Shown here one piece after another: positions 13,159 through 25,629 of a stretch of 64,000 bases of DNA. Origin of the DNA: Calcarisporiella thermophila CBS 279.70 (Eukaryota > Fungi > Calcarisporiellomycota); NCBI RefSeq assembly GCF_041956535.1, contig NW_027192205.1:186001-250000 (forward strand), given 5' to 3'. The position numbers and the translations under genes were made by a program. Numbering within the stretch: position 1 is the first letter of the stretch; each line of letters starts with the position of its first letter. The notes beneath the pieces are model-generated. The model saw only the letters and a program-made list of their open reading frames with translations. It was not told where the DNA came from and made no database searches.

Positions 13159-16100
13159 ATGTCGAAAGTACCGGTATATAATCATTGCATTTAATTATGA
13201 AAATCCTTTGGATTTTACCTCCAAACAGAATTAACGCGTGTATCACTTATTCTGTAAATTTCTATAGCAAAGTATGGAGATAGAAAAAGATGCTAGTACT
13301 TCCGTGAACATCGATGAGGGCTTGTATTCCCGTCAACTGTAATCTAACATTGCCCTTTTTACTTGATCATTTAGAATTCAGCTCATTATAATTTCTCCAA
13401 CAAAATAGTTACGTACTTGGCCACGATGCCATGAAAAGGATGGGCACTTCTTCCGTTCTGATTATTGGATTGAAGGGTCTAGGTGTCGAAATTGGTAAGT
13501 TTTTTAATTTGATTTTTCATTCTTACGTCTCTCTAATTTCCTGGTCATTCTTTAAAGCCAAAAATGTTGTGCTCGCTGGAGTAAAAAGTGTCACCCTCTA
13601 CGATCCAAATCCAGTAAACATTTCTGATCTTAGTACTCAGTTCTATCTTCGTGAAGAAGATGTTGGAAAGAGCCGTGCATCTGTATCTGCTCCTCATCTT
13701 GCAGAATTAAATCAATACGTTCCTGTATCGGTTTGGGAGGGCGAATTAACAAATGATGTGCTAGCAAAACATAAAGTGGTCGTATGCACTGACGTGCCCC
13801 TCAAGAAACAACTAGAAATCAATGCGTTTTGCCACGATAATGATATCTACTTTATTTCAGCAGATGTGCGTGGACTTTTTGGAATGGCATTCAATGATTT
13901 TGGAAAAGCCTTTCAAGTTATTGACACAACTGGAGAAGAGCCATTAACAGGCATGATAGCTGCGATTAGCAAGGTTATTACATAAACTACTATTTTCTTT
14001 TAGGGACATTATATTGATTATCAATTTTTATATTCAGGATAATGAGGGCATTGTCACATGTCTAGATGAGTCCCGACACGGCCTTGAAGATGGTGACTAC
14101 GTGACATTCTCTGAGATCAAAGGCATGGAGGAGCTGAATGGATGCTCGCCCAAAAAAATCAAGGTGCTTGGCCCTTACACTTTCGGAATTGGCGATACGT
14201 CCAGCCTTAGTGAATATGTGAGCGGCGGCATGTTCACACAGGTGAAGATGCCCAAGACTATCGACTTCGATTCCCTCCAAACTGCCTTAAAGAAACCACA
14301 ATTTCTTGTGTCCGATTTCGCTAAATTCGATCGACCTGCACAACTACATGTTGGATTCCAAGCCCTTGATGCCTTCAGAGCTAAGCATGGGCGCCTACCC
14401 CGCCCCAGGAATGAGGAAGATGCTAATGAGGTTCTAGCTCTTACCAATGAAATAAATGGTAGAAGTGAAGAGAAGGTTTGTTAGAAAGCTAAATTTTTAT
14501 ATTTTTTGCATTACTAACCATGCGTTATTAGGCTGAAATCGATGATAAGCTAATCAAGGAACTTTCCTATCAAGCAGCTGGTGATCTTTCACCAATGGTG
14601 GCAGTGTTTGGCGGTTTGATTGCCCAAGAGGTTCTCAAAGCTTGCAGTGGCAAGTTCCATCCGATCCACCAATATTTCTACTTTGATGCACTTGAATGCC
14701 TGCCCAACTCAGCAGAACTAACTGAAGAAGATTGCCAACCTGTAACACCATCATTACAGTTTTAAAGATCGATTTCCAGTTCATACTTATTCCTTTCTTT
14801 ATTTTTTAGATTGGCTCTCGCTATGATGGCCAGATTGCGGTGTTCGGACGAAAATTCCAAGATAGGATTGCCAATTTCAAAGAGTTCTTGGTTGGTGCTG
14901 GTGCCATTGGGTGTGAAATGTTGAAAAACTGGGCAATGATGGGTCTTGGTACTGGCCCACAGGGCATAGTCCATATTACGGATATGGACACGATCGAAAA
15001 GAGCAATCTTAACCGACAGTTCCTCTTCCGTCCCGGAGATGTGGGCAAACTCAAGGCTGAAACAGCTTCCGCAGCCATTGCTAAAATGAACCCTAACGTG
15101 ATCGGTAAAATCATTTCTCACCCAGATCGAGTCGGCCCCGAGGCAGAGAATGTTTACGACGACGCTTTCTTTGAGTCGCTCGATGGTGTTACAAACGCCC
15201 TCGATAATCTGGAGGCACGCAAGTACATGGACCGCCGCTGCGTCTATTATCGTAAACCTTTGCTGGAGTCGGGAACACTCGGCACCAAAGGGAATACACA
15301 GGTGGTCATACCTTTCCTAACGGAATCCTACTCGTCATCCCAGGACCCACCAGAGAAACAAATTCCCATTTGCACGCTGAAAAATTTCCCGAACGCGATC
15401 GAGCATACTATTCAGTGGGCAAGGGATCTATTTGAGGGTATGTTCCGACAGCCAGCTGAAAATGTCAACCTCTACTTGGTCCAACCAAACTTTATGGAGA
15501 CAACACTATCCCAAAGCGGAAATCAAAAGGAGATCCTTACGACCATTCGAGATTTCCTTGTGACTGCGAAGCCACTTACATTTGATGAGTGCATTGTCTG
15601 GGCTCGATTGCGCTTTGAAGAACACTTCAACAACAACATTCGGCAGCTTCTATTCAATTTCCCAAAGGATGCGGTCACCTCCTCGGGGACGCTTTTCTGG
15701 TCGGGACCAAAGCGTGCGCCCGACGCGATTACGTTTGATACTGACAACCAGCTTCATATGGACTTCATTGTGGCTGCAGCTAATCTACACGCTTTTAACT
15801 ATGGGTTGAAGGGAGTCGACGACCGAAACTACATACGCGGGGTGCTGCAAAATGTCATCGTCCCGGAGTTTCAACCCAAGAAAGGCGTGAAGATTCAGGT
15901 TCAAGAAAACGAGAACGTACCACAGGAATCCGCTGATGAGAGCGAACTCCGCCAGATCATAAGCCAGATTCCCCCGGCGAGTCAACTTGCTGGGTTCCGC
16001 CTTAACCCTGTTGAATTTGAAAAGGACGATGACACCAATTTCCACATTGACTTCATTACGGCCGCTTCCAACCTTCGTGCCACAAACTACGGTATTCAGC

Positions 16101-16633
16101 CGGCAGACCGTCACCGCACTAAATTCATTGCTGGCAAGATCATTCCTGCCATTGCAACGACAACTGCCCTTGTCACTGGGCTGGTATGTCTCGAACTCTA
16201 TAAGGTGATCGACGGCAAGAATAGACTCGAGGATTATAAGAATGGCTTCGTGAATTTGGCGCTTCCCTTCTTCGGCTTCTCGGAGCCGATTGCCGCTCCC
16301 AAACTGGCTTATCACGACACCGAGTTCACGCTGTGGGATCGATTCGATATCAATGGCGACCCAACACTCAAGGAATTTTTGGACTATTTCCAAAGGGAAC
16401 ATCAACTCGAAGTGACGATGCTTTCTTGCGGAGTGAGCATGCTCTATTCGTTCTTCATGCCGAAGAAAAAGCTAGATGAGAGGATGGGCATGCCGATTTC
16501 ACGTCTAGTGGAGACAGTAAGTCGTAAGCCTATTCCGCCTCACGTGAAGGCCTTGGTGTTGGAGATGTGTGTGAATGATAAAGATGGAGAAGATGTAGAG
16601 GTTCCGTATGTTCGCGTGAAGATTAGGGATTAA
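13159..16633 (+). CDS. UBA1: Ubiquitin-activating enzyme E1
   Basis: [14 protein letters not shown]; [13 protein letters not shown]; catalytic Cys in PICTLKNFP; [11 protein letters not shown]; C-terminal DVEVPY. The first exon is probably ATGTCGAAA, with an alternative ATG at 13273. Confidence 0.97.
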
Positions 16634-17093
16634 AGGTGGCTAAACTGGAATAAACTCGAGCAATTTTTTTTTCAAAGCAGTAGAATAAAATTTTTGCAAG
16701 ATTTTTATTTTTGGAATATATATTATTTGAACGTCATTAAAGAATTCATTGCAATGTGGAATTTATCATCTCTACCCAGTGGACTGGATAGTTTGGTTGG
16801 TTTTTGCTGGAAATGCTTTGCCAAAAACAATTCTGAGGGAAATGGTTCTGAAATGCAGAGAGCGCGATTATCTTGATTTAGAGGTAATACATTTTATTCA
16901 AACTCTGATAGACTAGAATCGTCCTTAAGGAAACTAGCATTCTGCAGTTGTAACCATGGAATGAAACTTCTGTATGAAAACAGAGAGGGTATAAAATTAT
17001 ATTATAAATGATACTAATAATGCTCTCAAAACAAAAAAATTCATGCACTTTCATTCTTAAAATAAATAAAAAAGTATAACCACTAAATATAAG

Positions 17094-18350
17094 CTAATGT
17101 CGACTTTGACTTCGTCGTCTTGTTTTATTTTTATCGTATCCTCGGTGACTAGAAGATACGTTGTCATCTCTACTTTCGAGCTTATACCTACGTTTAGCCC
17201 TGCTTCCTTCTCTACTTCTTTCCCTGCCTCTCTCTCTGCTCATTTCTCTATCTCTTCTTCTGCCTCTACCCCTATCTCTTTCCCTGCTTCTACTTCTGCT
17301 ACTATATTTATTTCTGCGCTTTTCATTATTCCGTTCGCGACGCCAATGATCGCTAGAATTCATATTTTCGCGCGGTTGGTCATAGTTATCCGGTGATTTT
17401 TCTCGACTTCTTGAAGAATAATTATGCAAAACTTGGCGCTGTCCTCTTGCAGTGGATGTTCGAATATCCGTATAACTTTCTAATCTATCATTATCGCGTC
17501 TTCTTCTCCAGCAATCAGAGTATATTTGATCCGATTCAATTCGAGGTATCTCATGGTTATCTCCAACCTTTAGCGGCATTTTAAATGGCCTGTCACGGCC
17601 TCCAAATCTCAACTGGCCCGACTCCTTTCGTCCACCGAGTCCACCGCCCAGGCGACGCGGAATCCAGCCGTCCATAATGCGGCTTCTCTCATAATCTACT
17701 AAAATTGGCTTGCTATCTACTAACATGTTGTTTGCATTCTTCAGAAAAACTAAGTCAGAGTGTAGCCAGATATATTTGCAAAAAACTATGGATTACTTGA
17801 TAAGCATTTTCAGCACTTCTCTTGTCTAAATATTCGATAAACGCGTATCCGCGCGAATCTCCAGTAACTATGCAGAATATATCAGAGTGTGGGCTTTATC
17901 ACGTAATAATCGTGTATATTTACCAAAATTTCGAACCAGACGCAGAGATTTGATGGAGCCATACTGGCTAAAAACAGAATTCAGCGTTTCTAAAGATATT
18001 GTTACGATTTAATTTTTCGTAATTAAAATTATCACTAACATGTTAATTTACCCTCGTTTGTGTCTAGATTAAGTCTAGCGACAAAAATCGTCGTATAAGG
18101 ATCTCCTTCAACAGATTTCGGCAGAGCATCTATGTGAAAGCAAAAATTCAAAGCGATACGATGTAAGTGTTCACGAAAAACAAAAAGTCTTCAATTAAAT
18201 CAGGAATAAATTCGTAAATAAAGGATATGACTAACAAATTGCATTCTGTGCTCGGGAAATTGCATGATCGTGCGGTTTTATATCTGTTCCATCAATAGAG
18301 CCAACCTGCAAGGGCACGTAGATTTTACTGTACCAATGCCCCTTTCGCAT
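17094..18350 (-). CDS. SNRNP35: U11/U12 snRNP 35 kDa protein (minor spliceosome), 5 exons
   Basis: Spliced translation MRKGHWYSKIYVPLQVGSIDGTDIKPHDHAISRA...GDPYTTIFVARLN...RGYAFIEY...GWIPRRLGGGLGGRKESGQLRFGGRDRPF, then an RS/RE-rich tail. The GSIDGTD-x2-HD N-terminus separates it from U1-70K. Confidence 0.93.
18220..18228 (-). promoter_or_regulatory. U12-type 5' splice-site motif ATATCCTTT (candidate U11 binding site) inside SNRNP35 intron 1
   Basis: The minus strand reads ATT T|GTTAGTC-ATATCCTTT. Intron 1 spans 18130-18235. The motif is certain; its function is inferred. Confidence 0.5.
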
Positions 18351-18546
18351 TTCCTTTCTCTTTTATGGAAAAACTGTATGATATAAAGGCCGTTATCTTA
18401 TAAGATTTCTTTGATCGTTTTGATCATATTATTCGCAGGTTAGGTTAGAGCTAAGCCACCATTTCGACTTAATGTTGACAAGAGCAGAGGAAAATAAAAG
18501 AACCAACTAGAAATCAATAATCTTAAAACTTTGGTAGATCGCAAAA

Positions 18547-20074
18547 ATGTCTTACTGGCGCAATGCTAGATCATTAGCTCTCCTTCGGTCGTCTTCTTTT
18601 CTATATACTTCACCCAATATCACACATGCAAGACCCTCTCGTCTTGCCACTCTTCAGACTCGAAATACAAGTGCATTCGCAAAATTCGTCGAGACCCTAA
18701 AGACTCAATGGAAGAAGAACAGAGAGCTCCAAGATAACATTAAACAATTACAGGATCAGACGGGAAAAATGTCTGATAGTGATGCCCTGAAGAAAGCAAA
18801 AGAAATGTACGAGAAGGCTAAGGTTTGTTTCACATACTACCAGGCTTGGCATTGAATACTCCAATGGCTTACTTGTGCTTTTCCTCAATTTAGGAGGGCG
18901 CCGACCAGACATCGAGTGCGCTCGGAAAGACAGCTGAGGTATTTAAAAAACAGGCAGACGAATTCGGCCAAAAGTTTAGCGAAACTATTAAGGAAGCCTC
19001 TGAGACGAAATTTGTAAAGGATGGTGCAGAAAAGGTACATTTTATTATCTCTTTAATTGGAAGAAACAGTTCTAATTTGCTTTCCCTCGGTAGATCTCTT
19101 CATTTGCTCAAAAAGTCTCGGAAACCGCTGAGCCGATTGTACAAAGCCCTCATGTACAAAAAGTATCCGAGTCAGTCAAAGTTGTGCTCGAGGACACTAG
19201 TAGCCGTTATGGAGGTTTCGTCGACAAAGAGACACGGCGTAAGCTTCGTGAAGAAGCAATGAAGAAAGAAGGGCTCGACCCCGCTTCGAGTGCCAAACGT
19301 CGTGTCGAGGAAGACCCCAATGCTGGTCAAAACATAGTCTTACACAAAGACTCTGCATGGAAAGAGAGCTGGAATAAATTCAAGGAGAACAACCCCGTAA
19401 TGCAAGGGATTTTCAACATGAAACGATCTTATGACGATAGTGACAACATCTTCATTTCATATACTCGTGCATTCACTGACCGGATATCGGATGCATTCTG
19501 TAAGCTTCTGTCACTCAATTGATATTGAAGATGTTTCAAGCTCAACTCTAATTTTCAACATTTAGCGTCTATCTTTGAGGAAACAGAGACTGCACAAGCC
19601 ATTCGCTCACTACAACAGATTGACCCCCGCTTCAATCTCGATCGCTTTATCAAGGAAGCACGCGAGTACATTGTTCCAGAAGTGCTTGACGCCTATCTCA
19701 AGGGTGACGCCCAGACATTACGTGAGTGGTGTTCCGAGGCCACCTACAATGTACTTACGGCCGGTATCCAGGCGCAAATTCAGCAAGGGCTTGTGAGCGA
19801 TTGTAGAATTCTCGATTTACGCAATGTAGAGCTGGTGACTGCTAAAGTGCTCGACAACGATGTTCCTGTGTTGGTGCTTAGCTTCCAAACCCAGGAGGTC
19901 ATCTTGTTTAGAAATCGTTTGACACGAGAAATTGTGTACGGAAAAGAGGACCATATTGAGCAAGTGACGTACGCGTGCGTGCTCACCATGCGAGAGGAGG
20001 ACTTACAAAACCCTACAACAGGTGGATGGAGAGTCATTGACATGGCGAAACACGACTCTCGCCCCACCTGGTAA
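18547..20074 (+). CDS. TIM44: Mitochondrial import inner membrane translocase subunit Tim44
   Basis: Arg/Ser-rich presequence; SSRYGGF; VLHKDSAWKESW; C-terminal domain with WCSEATYNVL, FQTQEV and TGGWRVIDM. Confidence 0.95.
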
Positions 20075-20263
20075 AATAGATGTTTTATTTCTTTTCCCAC
20101 CCCCATAAAAACCGTGATCCTTGTCTTGTCGAAATATAATCCAAATAGACATATATCAATGTTCCTTTTTTCCCTTTCTATCGGGCTTTTTAAATGGATC
20201 GTTCACTTTAATTTTGTAACTGTATTAATTTCCATGTTCCTTTCTAAAAATCCATTTATTTTT

Positions 20264-23200
20264 TCAAAAGAATATTTGATCAAAGATCTTGTTCGGGCCA
20301 TTCACCGTGGAATTTAACCGACGAGTTTCAAGTTCACTGTGCTGTGGCTCAAGTTTGGCCATGGCGCTCTCTAGAGCTGAAGTCACCAAGGCGTAACGAG
20401 CCTGTTTTCGAGAGAGTATTGTGTAAAAAGCGCGTGCTCCCAGCCTTTTTAATAACACGCAATAATAACAAATTGGTAAACTAAATCCAAATATTATCTA
20501 TTATAATGCACAGCTTACCAGAGAACTTGCGCTTCAGTTACCTCGCATTTGCAACCGCATTGCCGTGCAATCTGAGAAGACTGCCGACTTCTGATAAGAA
20601 CATAGCCAAAACGAATGATATTAAATGTGGCCTCTAGCAGTATAGTAAATCCAAAGCCCCGTTGTTATTGAGAGCACAATTCTTCAATTAAATGTTCCCA
20701 TCATACCGATTAAAAAGCGTTCATTTTGCATAGGGAGCGATTTGGCATGATGATGAAACTTCATAGCACATAAAATGTAGTTTTGGTAAATGTTAAGCAG
20801 TACCACTGTGATCGAATTTAGTTCAGTATCGATATAGATGGGATGAAATTTAGGCTTCAACGCGCTGCATATCATATGGATCGTTAATGATCAATAAAGC
20901 ATGGGTGAATTCCACTACTTACTGCATCATCTTATAAATTAAAGAAATACCGGGGTGGCTAGTTGTGTCAATGGTCAATAGTTCATTGATATCTATTAAT
21001 AAAAAAGAGCAGATGTTCAGAAAATCATAGGGCTCCACTATCCTTTTCTATATGCTCGAATTCCTACAGGATCCTCGTAAGCGTGAATAGTCAGATTTTA
21101 TGGTGAAATTTTTTGTATTAATCAAGAGGCCGCACCAGGGAAAATCTAGAAAACACTGTGTTGAGCACAAGCTATCGGGATAGAACAGACGATAAATATC
21201 CTTACCGAAAGTATGTTTGATTCTTGGCACGGTAAACCCATCCAGCTCCAAGTCGAAATTAATAAGTGATTTTTCGCGATTGACAAAACAACCATAGGCA
21301 GGCATTCCATCATACATACACTGCAGAAATTTGGCAACATTCTCTTTAATTGTGCTTATGTAGAGAAAATCGTCGACGAATCTTAAAAGGGCCTGTTTTA
21401 GCATTATGGATATTGTTGGCTCGATCTAATGAAACTATCCAAATCAAAAGCCTACCCCATTTTTATCCGAAACCACAAACTGTAGCTTCTTTTTCTCGAG
21501 ATCGCCATAATAATAACTAGATGAAAATATATGCTATTCAATTCATTTGAAACCGATTAGGCGATGCAATATCTCAGTTTTACCTGCAGAGAAGCGTAGA
21601 GAGTACTGACCCTTGTGGGATGCCCAAGGTTTGCTTATAAAACTTCTTTCCGATCTAGAAAATACACAGATGAGCAAGTATTCTAGTAAGTGTAGCAATC
21701 TCGCAGCAAACTTTACCTTGATTAGATTCGAAGAAACGTGCTCCTGCAACAAAGCAAGTAAAGATTCTCTATCTTCATAAGTGTGAACCACCTATGAGTT
21801 GAAAAGTGAGGTTTAGTCGATATTTTCATTATTTCGATTGCTAAATAGTTTCGCTATCTACCTGATCTACCAGAACAACATGCCGGAGGGAATGAGAAAG
21901 CTCCCGAGAAAAATCCACAAATTGCGGGAATTCATCTATAAAGTGCCGAAAAATCAAATGGGATGATTTGTGAAAAGAGAAGTAGAATTTTGCTATATAT
22001 ACCAGCCGTCCTAGCTTTGCGCTGATAGCTCTTTCTAATTTTCCCAGCCGAATTAAATAAAATAGCGTACTTTTGAACCAAATATTCATCCTGTCAAATT
22101 TTTGACTAATTAGTTACTTTTATACCCAGGAAATATGGACGTTCGTATTACCTCCTTCAACACGTTTCGAATTATATCTAATACCTTATGCTGATCGATG
22201 CTATCGAAGCAACATCTAATGTCTACTTTTGCGAAATATATCTGTTCTCTGTGAAATGAACGGTAGCAATTTAGCTCATATCATCATTGTAGAATAAAGC
22301 AAATAAACCATACATACCTTTCTTTTCTGGCTTTTAAGAAGTGCTTTTTAAAACACTTCAGTTTTCGATAAATATCGTTTACTCCCAGCACAGAACTCCC
22401 AAGAATACCGTGTTGACGACCCTTAATAAAACAAATATATAGGTTGTTACATGTGCTGGTTTCTAAAATAAAGCAGTCTAATGCGTACTTTTTCAAATAG
22501 TAAAATTTGATACAAATTTTGAAGAATCGAGTTGATTGGGGGTCCGGGGATTAGCCGCGATTTCCCATTAGTTCTTTTTCCGTCTGCCGCAAGAAGACGT
22601 GCAATTTCCTAATTAACGAATTGTTAATAAATGCTTGTAGAAGGAGTCCTTTATCTCGCTGTACCTTTGACAGCCTTCTCCTCAAATTTATAATGGGGCG
22701 TAGCCCATTCTCCTTGGGTAGTAACCGAACATGGGAATATCCAAGGCGACGCCCTTTTAGTACCAACTCTAGGTTTGTCTGTGTATATATTGTTAATATT
22801 TCAAGAGGCTAAACAAAATGCAAAATTAATAATACAATATACTTACAGTGGAAACTTCCTCTAGGAGAGCTGTCTTTATTCTCTCAAGAACCGGCTCAGT
22901 AATACGTGCCCATAAATCTTGTCGAAAATAAAAAAGCCGATTACGATGGGGAGCGCTTTCGGTCACATAGAAGTTCGTCTAATATCAAATGGATATCGAA
23001 GGGTTTATCATTTAGGTTAGAAAAGGCGCTGCATGCAAAAGCGGTTGAGAGATATATAACAAAAATAAGACTCACGCGAATTAGAGCCATGATAAAGGAG
23101 TCGAATAGCCAAAAAATAAACTCGTATAAAATCTCTCTACGTTTCCGCGTTTCGGTCGGCGGGATGTGACGTGTGGAATTGATTTCATCTGGATCTAGCC

Positions 23201-25629
23201 AGCTGCACTTGTTTATCTATTTATGAAATGTAAGTCTGTAGGATGAGGCAACAATTCTACGATAAAAAAAAAGCTTACCTGAAAGCCTTGAATCACTTGG
23301 TGCAGAGAAATTGTTTCAAAACGTCGAATTCGAACGAATCGGTCGATAGCTTTATATAAATATTGCCTATTCTAGTGTCTTCTTCGCAAAATGATAATGT
23401 GGATTCCAAGAAACAAACCACTGGCAATCACATTCCAATTCTCCTCGCATCCCCAAAAGTCATTAGGGATGACACGGCGTACCACGGCCTTCAGGAAAAA
23501 CGACACTTGATGGTAGTTCGAAAAAGAAGCAATCAGTGAGGATGAGGTCGCATCGAATTCAAATTCTGTCGATAGTGTCCCGGTTGGTGGTAGGGGCTGT
23601 TGTGTAGCATATTCGTTCTCAGAAACGGTCTCGTGAAATGCTGGGGAGTGCTTTGTTTGATTAATAATTCCTATTGAGGAATTACTTGATTTGAGTGCGT
23701 TAAATGTGCCTGAGCCTGACGTTGTCGCTACTGACTCAGTTTCATGTTTGTCAATGTCGACTTCCATCATGTCAGCTTTAGAAGTAGAATGACAGCTACT
23801 TGCCAAAGATTCGGACATGTTTGCCCCCGTTAAATCGAGCAACTAGATAGGATGAGTCTAAAAATTAGTCATTGAACAATTGCCATTTCTATGCAAACTT
23901 CAGTACCGGAACGGGACAGTAGCGCTTTATCAGGTCAAGATATCGACAGCGGCGATGAAGTTGCATCATGCGCTTTACCATCGCCACAACCTTGCGGAGG
24001 CGCCAAGGGACTTTCTTAACTTTTGATATCTAATATATATATAAAAAGGATTCCCTTTATAATTGCCTCCACTAAATTGGCAGAGCCTTGTATACCTTTA
24101 TTTCGTTCTCACGGTAAACAAATTCTTTGAATGGCTGTGTTGTTGCAGAATAGTCGACCGGACAAGTGAAAACATTTTCTAGCCGAAACTGCCTTGGGAA
24201 TATGTAGCGAAGGATGTGCTCTGCGTCAGCGTCCGTGCCCGTTTGACGAAAACGATTCAACACATCTGATTGTCGTTAGAATAATGGCAATCATTCACCA
24301 AGAATATGAATATCTAACAAACACACATCAACAAATATATTTTCTTACGTATTTTGGGAAGACCAAGGGCTATTGATCCATTTCTCGCACGCATTGGACG
24401 TGCGTAAAAATTTCGAGAACGCACAAAAATAATTTTTGCTGGTGTTAATCTTTCGAAAAGAGTGAGAAACCATTACTACGAGACTTAAGTGGTAGAGGTC
24501 AATATCTTACTCAAACTTTGGCTGATTGCCACCATATATTAACTCATCTCCAATGCCACTCATAAAGCTTGAACTGGACACCGTACGGGATAGGTCTCGC
24601 TTGAGATTACGGGTCAAGTTTAAATTGGAGGTTTGCTTCTCGAGCCGTGGCATTTTCATGGCTGGTTCCAGTGCTACTTCATCTAATTCTTTCTCTCGAG
24701 GCTCGCGAGCAGGTGACTTCTTCCTTTTTCGAGAAACGCCCTGTGCCTTCATCTTGCTCATGGAACCTGGATCCTCCAGATCCACCTCCATTTCGTTTTG
24801 GTTGTTGTCTATATGCTTGAGGCATCTTTTGGGATTACACGCGTGAGTACTTTTATTACGAATAACAACATGGTGACTGTTCAATGACTGGGGAGGCGTG
24901 GGAATTTCGTGGAGAGGCGTGCCGGTAACCTGAAAGTAACTGTCGTTTTGAAGTTCAACAAACATACTGGTATGGTTCAAGAGATAAGACATGACGGAAT
25001 CTCCAATCCTGAAGAAAATGTTCCAACGTTATTTTACGCCATTTTTATAAGAAATACCCAATCGTACCTCGATAAAAGTGTAATCCATAGTTTGGACTTC
25101 AAGAAGTTAACGATGGTATTCGGAAACACACATTCAATCCCTCGCATACCATAGGTTGTGTACATGCTCTGGTCCCATGTCTAGCATGAGAGAGAGAATC
25201 GTCTATAACAGCCATAGAATTACAAAAACACAAATATTACATACTCTGCGATATCCATTAGTGAGCATGTTGGAAGGATAGCGAGATGTGCCAAATAATG
25301 ACTCTATGGCACGGTTAACTAACTATGGATCGCTGTCAGAATTCGCGTTATTCAATAAAGATTCATCCAAGGATTACCTCATTCTGGTTTCTCTCTCTTA
25401 TTGACACATCTTTCGGAGGCTCTCTCAAAGATACGCGTACAACCAAGGTAGTAGAAACGAATCTCGTATATTCGACAGGATCGGTGGGAAGAATGTATGG
25501 GTGCTCACCAACGTGGGAGATGAGAAATTGATGTAGCGTGGTAATTTCGGGAAACAGGCGAATTAAAACTGGATGCTCAATAGCATGAGTCAAATGGCTC
25601 GACATAGGTATTCGTTCCAGGTCATCCAT
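20264..25629 (-). CDS. TERT: Telomerase reverse transcriptase, intron-rich
   Basis: TEN-like NMLTNGY; T motif FYVTESAPHRNRLFYFRQDLW; motif 1/2 RLLPKENGLRPIINL; motif A KVDIRCCFDSI; motif B' GIPQGSVLS; motif C LRFVDDFL; motif E WCGL. The start codon is approximate. Confidence 0.95.

Noticed and set aside
25365-25377. TERT intron 1 donor GTAATCCTTG as a U12 site
   Set aside because: An extra A breaks the GTATCCTT consensus, and the site fits a normal U2 donor.
20264-25629. RT motifs as a retrotransposon
   Set aside because: The T motif, TEN/TRBD domains and many introns identify it as TERT.
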